DNA of 64,000 nt from Acidobacteriota bacterium (GTDB lineage: Bacteria > Acidobacteriota > UBA6911 > RPQK01 > JAJDTT01): NCBI GenBank assembly GCA_965209055.1, contig OZ242374.1, positions 3,104,001-3,168,000 of the forward strand. Reading direction: 5' to 3'. Shown here one piece after another: positions 51,102 through 61,016 of the stretch (position 1 is its first letter; the number at the start of each line of letters is the position of its first letter). The translations under genes were made by a program, and so were the position numbers. The notes under the pieces are model-generated. The model did no database searches and had not been told where the DNA came from. It worked only from the letters and a program-made list of their open reading frames with translations.

Positions 51102-51570
51102 CGGCTCTGACGGTTGTAGGATCCTGCCGCCGCAGAAGTAGCGTCCGACGATAGCAGAACATCCTGAAGGTCTCGTTGAATCAGGGTAATCGCTTCGTTA
51201 TGCACGACTCGCGGAAACCGGCATCTGAACTTCGGCCGCCAGCACAAGAGTGTCCAAAAGTGGGCCCATGGCTGTCGATGCCGGTACTGGGAATCAGTGA
51301 TCCAAGAGACGAGTTCGGCGGAGACGGTCTACGAATTGGAAACTGGGGCTCGGAAGGTGCGCCTTCCCGGGTCGGTTTAGACACTGAACCTGGTGGTGGA
51401 TGGACAGGTTCGGAACCCGCTGAGGCTGCTCACGAACCGAAGGTGTCCCGGCCTCGACTCGATGACCCTCTCGTCTACCACAAGTCTATCCTGTCACCGA
51501 ACTGTGGCATTCGGCGGATCGTGATCGAAGTGGATGAGCCCCCGTCGACCGAAGCCTGCGCCAAGTCCAT

Positions 51571-51788
51571 ACTGGATATGACCGTCTCCCGCCGCATCGA
51601 CTGATTTTTCCTCCGACACTTTCGATCAACCCCCGGTATGTATCCCAATGATCGGACCGTCGGTCTGGCGTGCCGGAACAACCCGGTGGCCGGACAGGAG
51701 TCCATAGCAGCATCCGCGAATCTTTGCGGTGGAGCTTGGGTTCCCATGGACTCCACAGCGTAACGCTAACGTTTAACAACGAAAGGAG
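51571..51788 (+). promoter_or_regulatory. Duplicated 218-bp promoter/leader cassette, copy a (motif 51613-51642, hairpin, AAAGGAG RBS)
   Basis: Closely similar to 58275-58492; truncated by IS5 just after the RBS. Confidence 0.75.
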
Positions 51789-51793
51789 ACTAA

Positions 51794-52982
51794 GGAAGGT
51801 CTGAACAAGTCGATTCAAGGGACGTGAGAGCCGTTATTGTTTCGGCTTTGCGGTGTCCAAACCTTCATTATGAGGAGTACCACCCTGGCAAGGCTCTGGG
51901 TGCCCCCATTCTCAGACTGATTCCCCGAATCTCGACGCACCTCTCCCGCGCCCGGATCAGGCGTTCACGCCAGAGCGCTCGGCGATCATCAGATTGGCGA
52001 ACCCCACCAGCAAATAGATCCGTTGGGTGTTTTTCGCCAGCCCCCGGTAGCGCACCTTCGCGTAGCCGAAATGCCGTTTCAGGTACCCGAATACATGTTC
52101 TGCCTTGGCCCGAACCGACGCTTTGCGCCGCTCGGCCAACGCCGCCTCACTCTCCGGTGGCAGCCGCCAACGCTTCCCCGGCTTCATCATCACCTGCCAA
52201 TCCACCGGCCGATCTCGATTCTCCGACCGCTTTCCCACTCCCTGGTATCCCGAATCCCCCCAAACTTGAGACTCCGAGCCGTGCAGCAACTCACCGGCTC
52301 GCGTCACGTCATGCTCGTTAGCCGGCGCCGTCACCACCGTGTGCGCCACCCCCGTCTGGGCGTCCACCCCCAGGTGGGCCTTCATTCCGAAATACCACTG
52401 TTTTCCCTTCTTCGTCTGATGCATCTCCGGGTCCCGCGCCCCCTCCCTGTTCTTGGTCGAGGAAGGCGCCGCCAGGATACTCGCGTCCACGATCGTCCCC
52501 CGGCTCAGCCGCAGGCCTTGCCGCTGCAGGTGAGAACCGATCTCCTCGAACAGCGCCTCCCCCAGACCATGCTCCTCCAGCCGATGACGGAATTTCAGAA
52601 TCGTCGTCTCGTCCGGCAGCGGCCCCGTGAGCTTCAGGCCCACGAACCGCCGCACCGACTCCACCTCATAGAGCAGATCCTCCATCCCCGGATCGCTCAG
52701 GTTGTAAAACAGCTGCACGCAGTGGATCCGAAGCATCGTCGAGAGCGGGTAGGGACGCCGTCCCCGTCCCGCTTTCGGGTAAACGGGCCGAATCCGGGCT
52801 TCCAACTGCTCCCATGGAATCAACCGGTCCATCCGGGCCAGAAATCTCTCCCGACGGGTCACCCGCTTCTTGCCGTCGTATTCCAGATCTGCGAACGTTC
52901 GTTGCGACATCATCTATCCTCCATGCAGTGATGATGGAAGAATTATCGTGCAGAACGCTGACTCGACTTAATCAGACCTTCC
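51794..52982 (-). mobile_element. IS5-family insertion sequence
   Basis: Inverted repeats GGAAGGTCTGAACAAGTCGA and TCGACTTAATCAGACCTTCC; flanked by CTAA and TTAG. Confidence 0.92.
51957..52913 (-). CDS. IS5-family transposase
   Basis: GRRPYPL, PDETTILKFR, IVDAS, QWYFGMKAH, WGDSGYQG and KVRYRGLAKN. Confidence 0.96.
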   Translation of the reverse strand: MMSQRTFADLEYDGKKRVTRRERFLARMDRLIPWEQLEARIRPVYPKAGRGRRPYPLSTMLRIHCVQLFYNLSDPGMEDLLYEVESVRRFVGLKLTGPLPDETTILKFRHRLEEHGLGEALFEEIGSHLQRQGLRLSRGTIVDASILAAPSSTKNREGARDPEMHQTKKGKQWYFGMKAHLGVDAQTGVAHTVVTAPANEHDVTRAGELLHGSESQVWGDSGYQGVGKRSENRDRPVDWQVMMKPGKRWRLPPESEAALAERRKASVRAKAEHVFGYLKRHFGYAKVRYRGLAKNTQRIYLLVGFANLMIAERSGVNA

Positions 52983-53591
52983 TTAGGTATCGGCTCCGGC
53001 GACTTGGAATCCCTCCTCCGTATCAGCGGAACTACCGACACTGATCAGCGTCGATCCCCTGATGGTCGATACCACCACAGGGCCCCTTAATCCCCCGTGG
53101 CGTCGTGGGACAGAGCAGCATTGCGGAGCTTCACGGCGCGGTTGCAGTGGGTCTGAAGATCGAAACCGCTGGGTTCCCTCACATACACGGGGAACGTCCG
53201 GAGCGAATCGGGAGTCCCCCAAACATCCTCTTCCATGTGCGGATCCCACTGAGAGTAGCCTCATATTACCATGGCCCCCGTGAATGGGCCGGGCGTGGTG
53301 GTACTTGCGGCCACGGGAGCGATATCCGTAACGGGTCAGCGCAAGCGGATGAGCACTTAGTCGACCTCGATTTCCCCAAGGGTTACCAGGTCTTCCTCAT
53401 TCACGACTGCGTACCCCGGCCGGATGTCAATGTGGGATGTCCTTTGGAATTGCCAGTTGTGCTTGAACCCGGTCGGTCCCAAGCAGACAGCAACATCCTC
53501 TGGACAATGTGTCTTCTTCAAGACAGTGGCCGCCCGTGAGAACCCACGACTTGTGAATCAGGGTTCCGGATGAGCCCTTTGTTCTCTGTCG

Positions 53592-53936
53592 TCATGCCCT
53601 GCCGCTCACGCAAACTTTGCTGACCATCGAGAGCAGGCCTTCGGCTGCATTTAGAACTTGAGTGACCTGTTGAAGCTTTGCCAGGGCGGTTTTCAGACCT
53701 TCGATGCTCGTGAGAATACCCTCTTCGTTTTCTTTCAAGCTATCACGAATGTCTGCCAGGGCCGCGTTCCCGATACGCAGCCTCGCCGCTTGGGTCTCCA
53801 AGAGAACTCTCCCGGCTCGATCAATCTCCTCCTTGGTCCTCTCCCGCAGGGCCAGCTGCCATTCGGGAGACATCATTTGCACTACCGTATTCCGGAGTTG
53901 CCGAACTGTTTCGATTCGAATCTTGAACGGCGCCAT
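53592..53936 (-). CDS. Hypothetical coiled-coil protein
   Basis: GGAGG RBS inside the upstream gene end; 114 aa, amphipathic helical. Confidence 0.65.
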   Translation of the reverse strand: MAPFKIRIETVRQLRNTVVQMMSPEWQLALRERTKEEIDRAGRVLLETQAARLRIGNAALADIRDSLKENEEGILTSIEGLKTALAKLQQVTQVLNAAEGLLSMVSKVCVSGRA

Positions 53937-53941
53937 GGGAC

Positions 53942-54931
53942 CTATTCCTCCGCACCCTCACTGATCGCTTCCAGAAAAGCAACGAGTTCACCCATGTCAT
54001 GAACCAACGCAGCAATGTTGGTTTCACGCCCTTCCACAAGGGCCACAAAGCTCATCTTCAGGTTCTTCGCAGCATCAGCCGTCGCGGCGACACTCGAAAG
54101 CAGCAACGCCGATGTCAGCACGGTCTTGCGATCCTCTTTCCACCCCGATGGAAGGGCGCCTCTGCCTTGGAAAGGATCGATGATCCTCTCCGTTTCCAAC
54201 GATTGCAGCCGCACTTGCAGATCTGCCTCCAGATCTTCGGAAATAAAGGCCATTGCGCTCTGCTGGATTTCGAGTTCTCTTTCCAGCGTCTCAACGCGTT
54301 TCTTCAACTCACTCTCCAGCGCCTTCTTCTGAAAGTTCCCGACCACGATTTCGACGACTGGACCAATAAAATCCGATACCGGCTGACCACCGATCTCAGC
54401 ACCCCGGATGCGGCTGTTGAGGTTTCCCAACGCCTGGAATACTCCATCGGCCGATCTTCCCAGGTCTCCTCGCGTCTCCCTGTCCGCCAGAGCCCCGAGC
54501 TGAATGAAGTAAGCTTTCAGCAAGTTGGCATGACGACGAAGGTCGGCCAAGAGAGACAGGCGCTTCTTCAGAAGAGCGTTGTGCTCGATAATTGCCTTCT
54601 GCCGTTTCTCCGGTGTCATGTTCTGACGCAGCCGGATGAGTATGGTGCTGTCTCCGTCTATGGCTGCCGATCCAGCTTCTTCAATGAGCAGCCCAGTGGC
54701 ATCCGCATACGCAATACCCGCCTGGGAGAACTCCTTGAACTGTTTGAGTCGTCCTGTCGCGCACGAGGTTGCGAGTAGCAGGAGAAGAGCTATTGAACTT
54801 CTTGATAGAAGAGAAGATCTGAGGTTGGATCGCCAACATGAAAAAATGGTCTTCGCTTGGCTCGGGCTCTTGACGCCCGGAATGTGTCTCCTGCAACTCA
54901 CCCGGAGAAGCATCTTCTCTTTCGCAGGCAT
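53942..54931 (-). CDS. Hypothetical helical lipoprotein
   Basis: Lipobox-like ALLLLLATSC followed by long amphipathic helices; start uncertain. Confidence 0.7.
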   Translation of the reverse strand: MPAKEKMLLRVSCRRHIPGVKSPSQAKTIFSCWRSNLRSSLLSRSSIALLLLLATSCATGRLKQFKEFSQAGIAYADATGLLIEEAGSAAIDGDSTILIRLRQNMTPEKRQKAIIEHNALLKKRLSLLADLRRHANLLKAYFIQLGALADRETRGDLGRSADGVFQALGNLNSRIRGAEIGGQPVSDFIGPVVEIVVGNFQKKALESELKKRVETLERELEIQQSAMAFISEDLEADLQVRLQSLETERIIDPFQGRGALPSGWKEDRKTVLTSALLLSSVAATADAAKNLKMSFVALVEGRETNIAALVHDMGELVAFLEAISEGAEE

Positions 54932-55012
54932 TAACTTTTTCCTTCCGCCATCAACGCAGACATTGGCAACGCCTAAACGTAGCCTTCTCTTGGATCAGCC
55001 CGACTAACGCGG

Positions 55013-55855
55013 TTACCTTCCCTTGGCCCGGTTCGCCTCATTGGTACCTGTCGCACGCAGGTGTGAGATTCTGCTCAGCAGATCGAACCAGAATGGTGCA
55101 CCGAGACTGATCGCCATGATGGTCATGATCCACCCAACGATCATTCGAAAAGTGATTTTCGGGAAACCTCCCGGATAGCCGATCGGAAACGTCTCGATCT
55201 GCTTTTCCGCGTTGATCTCAATAGTGTCTTCGTTGCTGCCCGCTTTGCCGGCCTCGGCCGCAATCACCGTGCGTAACGCATCGTTTATCCACAACTGCTC
55301 GGCGATATGGATCGAATCGGCGTTGAAAGCAACCGTAACGACCATGGCGATCGCCAGCAGGAAATACTTGACTTGGCGCTTATACCAGCCGGAGACTCGG
55401 TCCATGCCATCGTCGAACCACGCGGACAGTCGCTGGCTGATTCCATCCACTGTGTTCTCGTCCTTTTTCGCCAGGCTGAGCAGAAGATCTCGCGCGGGAT
55501 TGGCACTCTCAATTTTTTTGATGGTGTCGCGAAGTTGGCAGGCGGTCAGCTCGCTTACGCTTTTGCCGGCCTTATCCTTGGCAACTACTTCGAGAAGCGC
55601 AACGGTGAAAATCTCAGGCTGGATATACGAGGGCAACTTGCCCGGCTTGCGTAGGCCCTTGATCAGCGGATGTTTGTAGACTGACCGTGCGTACTCGCTG
55701 CCGACGAGGTTCTTGATGCCTTTCTCAAGATTCTTGGAGCGAAGACCGAAAATACTGGCGATGATCTCCTGTATCGAGCTGCAAACCAGACTCAGCAGCA
55801 CGTAGAAAAAGATCAGTCCGATGGCGACGTCCATAATCGGAGTGTCCAGCAACAA
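55013..55855 (-). CDS. Uncharacterised integral membrane protein
   Basis: GAGGAG RBS; TM segments DVAIGLIFFYVLLSLVCS, WFDDGMDRVSGWYKR and GWIMTIMAISLGAPFWFDLL. Confidence 0.8.
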   Translation of the reverse strand: MLLDTPIMDVAIGLIFFYVLLSLVCSSIQEIIASIFGLRSKNLEKGIKNLVGSEYARSVYKHPLIKGLRKPGKLPSYIQPEIFTVALLEVVAKDKAGKSVSELTACQLRDTIKKIESANPARDLLLSLAKKDENTVDGISQRLSAWFDDGMDRVSGWYKRQVKYFLLAIAMVVTVAFNADSIHIAEQLWINDALRTVIAAEAGKAGSNEDTIEINAEKQIETFPIGYPGGFPKITFRMIVGWIMTIMAISLGAPFWFDLLSRISHLRATGTNEANRAKGR

Positions 55856-56073
55856 TCTCTCCTCTCTTCGGGTTGTTCGCTACCCTGCATTTCTCATCAC
55901 ATGGAACAACGAACGGAAAATGAGCCGCTGTGTGGGCGATTCTTCATCCACATGACCTTCCCGCTGGCCCATTGCAACTGCCGGACAAATTCCATCTCCG
56001 TCGCGATCCTCCGTTTCAACCAGTCCCCCTCGGATACGCCTGTCACCGAGCCGGGACTGAGGCTTCGCCATGT

Positions 56074-56445
56074 TTATTTCTCCATGATGAGACGGATCAG
56101 AAAGCTCACCAACCCACCCACGGCGGCTCCCAAGGTCAGCATCAGGCCGACCACCTTCCACATGGTTTCAACGCCCATCTTGTCGGATAGCCCGGTCTCG
56201 ACGGTCTTGATGTCCTCCGCGTGCCGATGCAGATCCTCTTGGACGTTGTGCATGAGGAGGTCTATCGTTTCCTTGTCTGATTTTTTTTCGATCTCGCGCT
56301 CAATCTTTTCGAGGCGCGCTTGAATCTCACGACGATGATCGTCGAGGATGCTGCGGAACTCGTTTCGCCAAGACTCGAATGTTTGTATGAGTAAGCGCTC
56401 GCTCTCCTTCCAGTCAAAGTGCTGGCCCGGATGTGACTCATCCAT
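56074..56445 (-). CDS. Coiled-coil protein with C-terminal TM anchor
   Basis: AAGGAGG RBS before MDESH; coiled-coil then WKVVGLMLTLGAAVGGLVSFLI. Confidence 0.7.
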   Translation of the reverse strand: MDESHPGQHFDWKESERLLIQTFESWRNEFRSILDDHRREIQARLEKIEREIEKKSDKETIDLLMHNVQEDLHRHAEDIKTVETGLSDKMGVETMWKVVGLMLTLGAAVGGLVSFLIRLIMEK

Positions 56446-57341
56446 GGGGTCCTCCTTGTCGCCACCAAGCGTCGGAAGTCTTGTGGATCGTTTCTCCACA
56501 AATGATTTGGGGCATGGTGTCGGGTTGTGGTTTTGGCCTAATGGTCACCCATTCTTCAGCGCCAACATTGACGGTGTCCCCGGTGTCTGTATCGAGCAAG
56601 ACCGAGTGCTGCAGTCAATCATAGGGCGAGTGGCCGTAGGTACTTCCTGTATTCCGGCGTTTTGATTCGTCACGGTGCTGGCTCGGAGCGGATGCCGCAC
56701 CTGCTTTCCTCTGGATTCCGACAAACCTGGGATCCGCTCGTCCAAAACCAGAAACATTCCGGTGTCGTGATTGTCGCCATAACGCAAGCAGCGGGAGCTC
56801 AGCCAGACTAGGTTTCTGTACCGCAACGGAAAAACACCAGAATCACCCTCCGGTATCGGCCCCAGTGGCCCGAATCGTTGGCTTCGCTCTCACAAGATCA
56901 CCATTCGCCCTTCCAACGGTGCATGTCGATCGCTTCATGCTGGTATTGGCTTTCATATCCGGTTGCGGCTGATTTGGCCTGGCTCAGGGCAGCCAGTCTT
57001 CTGATCGTGACCAGCGTGACGGACAGGGTCGGAAGGAGTTCCTCGTATTCAACAACGAATGTGAAGATTTACCCAAACCGTTGCGTGTTTCACTTCTGGG
57101 AATAAATGCCAATCCCGCCGCGTCAGAAAGTCGCCAACTCGTTTTCCAGACGGGATACCTCGATGGATCTGTGTCTTCCGATTACTTCTTACTGTCTTGA
57201 AAGACGAACCGGTTGCTCTCGCGGACGATATGGGTCATCAGCACCTGTCCCTCAATCTAGATTCGGAACATCGACCGGATCACGCTGAACTCGCTACGTC
57301 GGTCTCCGTCCGCACTACGATCATCTGTAGGCTCCAGCGAA

Positions 57342-57371
57342 TACCTACCGTCGCGTCGGCAAAAGTGTCGG
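57342..57371 (-). promoter_or_regulatory. Candidate alternative-sigma promoter motif, minus-strand copy
   Basis: Reverse complement reads CCGACACTTT-TGCCGACGCGA-CGGTAGGTA (same 11-nt spacer length); points toward the 56445-53592 genes. Confidence 0.55.
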
Positions 57372-57609
57372 CCAGACCTCCGGTGCGGACAGGGATCGGT
57401 CAATCTGCCTAATCTCAGCCCGTTGAATGTGCGGAATCCGGTTTCGCCTGGTTTATTCGGTGCGCCGTGGAAAGGCGCTTTCTCATAGGGGGTGCGAAAC
57501 CCGCACGACGACTCTCGCTTCATCCGGCAGCAGTCGGAGGGGACCGCAGGCCGGGGGCACGGTCGTCAGGACAAACTCTCTCCCGACATGGGCGATTCGG
57601 CGTCCGTCT

Positions 57610-57855
57610 TCACCAGAGTCTGATTTGGCCGATCCTTTTCTCGGCCCGTTCCCGATAGCGCGCCGCCCGCAGGGCGCGCTGGCAACGCTCACACAGGGGG
57701 GCCACGATCAGGGTGTCCCGTCCGCAGCGGGCGCAGGGCCGGGATTCCATCCACTGCCAGAGGGTCTCGGTGAGATCCCCGCAACGTTCGCAATGCTGCT
57801 CACCTGGACCGACGCGAAGGACTCGGCATCCGGCGCAGGTTCGCTCAAAGCTCAT
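57610..57855 (-). CDS. Small Cys-rich protein (four CxxC)
   Basis: CAGC, CERC, CARC and CERC; ATG overlaps the stop of the upstream ORF. Confidence 0.5.
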   Translation of the reverse strand: MSFERTCAGCRVLRVGPGEQHCERCGDLTETLWQWMESRPCARCGRDTLIVAPLCERCQRALRAARYRERAEKRIGQIRLW

Positions 57856-58043
57856 CGACGTATAGACCGGCGCCCGTGTCCCGACTCGCAGAATTCCCCG
57901 CAACGAGGACAGTTCGGACAGACGCCTCGATAGCTACAGTGCGGGCAGCGATAGGAGTGTCGTCTGCGGAGCCGGTCCACCGCCCGCTTCCTGAGCGTCT
58001 CCAGCCGTTCCTCGTGGATGTCAGGGACGCTCATGCGTCCCAT
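57852..58043 (-). CDS. Small Cys-rich Zn-ribbon-like protein
   Basis: YRCPHC...CPNCPRCGEFC; ATGA coupling to the next ORF. Confidence 0.45.
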   Translation of the reverse strand: MGRMSVPDIHEERLETLRKRAVDRLRRRHSYRCPHCSYRGVCPNCPRCGEFCESGHGRRSIRR

Positions 58044-58274
58044 CTTGCCCGTTCCGGGTGTCACATTGTGGGCTTCCCGCAGGATCAGTGAATCGTCGGG
58101 ACCGCTTTTTGCGAATCCACCCGGCGTGTCCCATTCACACTCCCGGACCGGCACGTGACCCCCTTTACGCAATGTCGAAACGAGCCACACAAGCCTTATC
58201 AGCCGGGAGTGCCCCAGCACGACGATCAGAGCGTGGCCCTGGCCCCACGGTACCCGGAACTGGGCGATGTCCAA

Positions 58275-58492
58275 ACTGGATATGGCCGGCTCCCGCCGCA
58301 TCGACTGATTTTTCCTCCGACACTTTCGATCAATCTCCGGTATGTATCCCAATGATCGGGCCTTCGGTCTGGCTCACCGAAACAATCCGTCGGCCGGACA
58401 CGAGTCCGTAACAGCATCCGCGAATCTTTGCGGTGGAGCCTGGGTTCCCATGGGCTCCACCGCGTAACGCTAACGTTCTACAACGAAAGGAG
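58275..58492 (+). promoter_or_regulatory. Duplicated 218-bp promoter/leader cassette, copy b (motif 58317-58346)
   Basis: Motif, then GCGGTGGAGCC/GGCTCCACCGC hairpin (58430-58463) and AAAGGAG 6 nt before ATG 58499. Confidence 0.75.
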
Positions 58493-58498
58493 TCCGAC

Positions 58499-59296
58499 AT
58501 GGGATGGAACAGTCAAGAGCATTGGAAAGAGAATTTCGAGCGCGACACGAACAATCTCACAAGCTATGACGATTGGGATGTATGGAACTCGGATTTTCTG
58601 TACTATCCAGCCATAGTCCGCAACGACAGGTGCAGACTCGCCTTGGGATCGGCGTCGTCGCCCGAAGGGTTCACCGGCGCGGTCACTGCCGACCCACACA
58701 CCCCCCGATCACATTTCAACGAAGGAACAAACCGCCGGAACAAGTGGAGGGCCACGATGGACTTCGATCCGAAGCTCCGTTACGACCCTATTTACGGTCA
58801 TGCCGCAGTCTTCCTGCGAGTCCACAACAACCGGAGATACCGGAACCCGGACACGGGCAAGTCGTCCAACGACACCACTCGCTTCGGGTGCTTCATCCGG
58901 GGGGAGGCGACCGGGAGCACTCCGCAAGGCGCTCTCCAATTGGACGGAGACAAGCGAAACACCAACCCGCTGGAGAAGTGCCGCGTGATAGAACGATTCT
59001 CCCTCGACGAGGACCCGTTCGACAACACGACGGGCGCCATCTACCGGGTGGAGATCATTGAGGAGGAACTGTACTTGCCTCCGCTACAGCAATGGATCGC
59101 GCAATGGCAGGCCAAGGTCTACAACGGGTCCGGTCAGAAGATCGGCGAGAGTACGACCCGGACGGCCCGGTATCTGGAACAGCAAGGCATGGTCATCCCG
59201 TCACTCGACCATTCCAGGATCGCAATCGGTTCTGGCCCCGCACGCCAAGGCCGGGTTGATGCAACCGAGGTAGCAACGAATTACTGGATTTACTAG
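58499..59296 (+). CDS. Hypothetical protein (Trp/aromatic-rich, probably beta-rich)
   Basis: Strong RBS, 265-aa open frame, no recognisable motif. Confidence 0.7.
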   Translation: MGWNSQEHWKENFERDTNNLTSYDDWDVWNSDFLYYPAIVRNDRCRLALGSASSPEGFTGAVTADPHTPRSHFNEGTNRRNKWRATMDFDPKLRYDPIYGHAAVFLRVHNNRRYRNPDTGKSSNDTTRFGCFIRGEATGSTPQGALQLDGDKRNTNPLEKCRVIERFSLDEDPFDNTTGAIYRVEIIEEELYLPPLQQWIAQWQAKVYNGSGQKIGESTTRTARYLEQQGMVIPSLDHSRIAIGSGPARQGRVDATEVATNYWIY

Positions 59297-60102
59297 AGAG
59301 TAGACTCAGCAATGCCTTGGGGTTCCGCAACGACAGGGACGTGCCGGATGTTTCCCGTCTCGTGTGAGAACCCCAAGGCACCCACCGCAATCCGAGTCTC
59401 CCCGACGATGCGCACGATCCCACCGAAATGATGCGGGTTTCCCACCGACTCCTCTAACGGGATCAATTCTGAAAGAAACTTACTCAGCCGACTCATTGGA
59501 GCAATCGTCCACCTTGCCTCGACCGGCCTCCGCAAAGGCTTCCCGTACATAACGTACATCTGAACTCTCACTCTCTGTTCCTCGTGAGTTGGATTGACAA
59601 TCGAGATCGCTGTCTCCTGATCGTCCTTGTCCCACCGAAACCCGAAGAGTCGGAATGCGGGCGCAGGTTCCACCGCTGCGGAGGAAGCAGCGGAGGACAA
59701 GGTCGACGTCGGATCATCCCCGTACTTAAGCACTGTGCTGACTGCAAGGAGCTTGCGATTCTCCGGGTACACGATCCAGGCCCATCCGTTATGAATCGTC
59801 TCGCTCAAGTAAAGAGGATGGAAAACCACCGTCTCCGTGGCATTATCGGCGAGTGTGCGGTCTTCTCCCTCCCCGTGGACGAATTGGCCGTCCTCAGTAA
59901 ACTCACGCACCTTGAAGGTCGTAGGAAGACCGGACGCCTCCATTACTGAAATCTCCGTGGTGTAAGAGAGTTGAGCGTAGATGGGGACGACGAGCATCTT
60001 GAGCAGGACGTCCGTAGTGACGAATGGCGCTTGCGAATGCCCGGCCAGAAGCAACAGGGGCAGGTGCGGCAAGGCGACTAGCAATGATTTGGTCTTACTC
60101 AT
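59293..60102 (-). CDS. Hypothetical exported protein
   Basis: Signal peptide MSKTKSLLVALPHLPLLLLAGHSQA; two similar beta-rich halves (YTTEISV, QETAISIVNP). Confidence 0.7.
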   Translation of the reverse strand: MSKTKSLLVALPHLPLLLLAGHSQAPFVTTDVLLKMLVVPIYAQLSYTTEISVMEASGLPTTFKVREFTEDGQFVHGEGEDRTLADNATETVVFHPLYLSETIHNGWAWIVYPENRKLLAVSTVLKYGDDPTSTLSSAASSAAVEPAPAFRLFGFRWDKDDQETAISIVNPTHEEQRVRVQMYVMYGKPLRRPVEARWTIAPMSRLSKFLSELIPLEESVGNPHHFGGIVRIVGETRIAVGALGFSHETGNIRHVPVVAEPQGIAESTL

Positions 60103-60684
60103 GGTCTGGCCAAGAGTATCATCAATCGAGAGGGGTCGGAGCTGGTCGGTTTCGAACCGACGTTTCCTGAGCCTCAGTCAGGTGTGTTGGCCAAGATAAA
60201 CAGTCTCCAAGTTCGAACGGTATCCCAACGTGGAAAATCAGAGATTTCCCACCGGGTGAGCCCTCTTGCTGGCCTGACAATCTGCGCGCCCCACGGACGA
60301 AAAACCGCTTTCGTCCGGAGGGTCACTCAGGTTTCCCTGACTGGCGGACCAAGAGGCACTCTTTCTCCCAGCGGATCACCTCCAAGACGGTGGCCGTTCA
60401 AGAGTCCCCTCCTTTGGTAGTGATCTTGATGACCCGCCCCACCAGGTTCTTGGAGAGCTTGCCGGTGATGTCCAGTTAGGACGACGCCCAGGAGCAGTCT
60501 TCGAGCTTGCAGGGGTGCCCTGAGATTTCGCAGGTGTTTTGCCATCGACACCGTATAGGTTGGACAGGCGCCGGGCTGGGGGCTATTGACTGGCAGCACA
60601 GATCAGAGCATCACCGAGCCACGCTGAGCGGTTCGGCCTCGGGGGTGTCGCCACGCGGGGATCCGGGGCTGCTAACGTCCGTTC

Positions 60685-61016
60685 GTAACCGTTCGGTCAG
60701 GCCGTGGAAGATCGGTCGATCGGCATCCTCGCCGCAGTGATCAATTCCATTTGGGTTGCTGTCGGGCTTGAACCACTCTTGGCGGCGGCAAGACCTCCCG
60801 GGGAAAGGATAACGGCAGGTGATCATCGGCCGAAAAATTCTTGCACGGCACGCGATCCGACTGCATCGTTCCGACACCATGGGTCAAATTACCGCTCTGG
60901 GCCTCCATCCCGTGGGAGGTGGAAGAGTGGCGCTTCGTCAGGTGCTCACCCCCATTGAGCGTGGGACCGCAGGCCCGGCTCAGGAAGTCGATCCCCACGG
61001 CTTGACCGAACGGTTA
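60685..61016. mobile_element. IS66-like MITE or internally deleted element (~332 bp)
   Basis: TIRs GTAACCGTTCGGTCAGGCCGTGG and CCACGGCTTGACCGAACGGTTA; 8-bp direct repeat GTCCGTTC at 60677-60684 and 61017-61024. Confidence 0.8.

Noticed and set aside
51176-51604. ORF after the sigma gene, with a weak NRFV..DS.K similarity to a short minus-strand ORF starting near 57238
   Set aside because: No good start or RBS, and the similarity is too short to support a call.
55880-57240. ORF fragments around the membrane operon (55880..56161, 56545..56826)
   Set aside because: Multiple stops and frame breaks; probably decayed genes whose identity cannot be supported.
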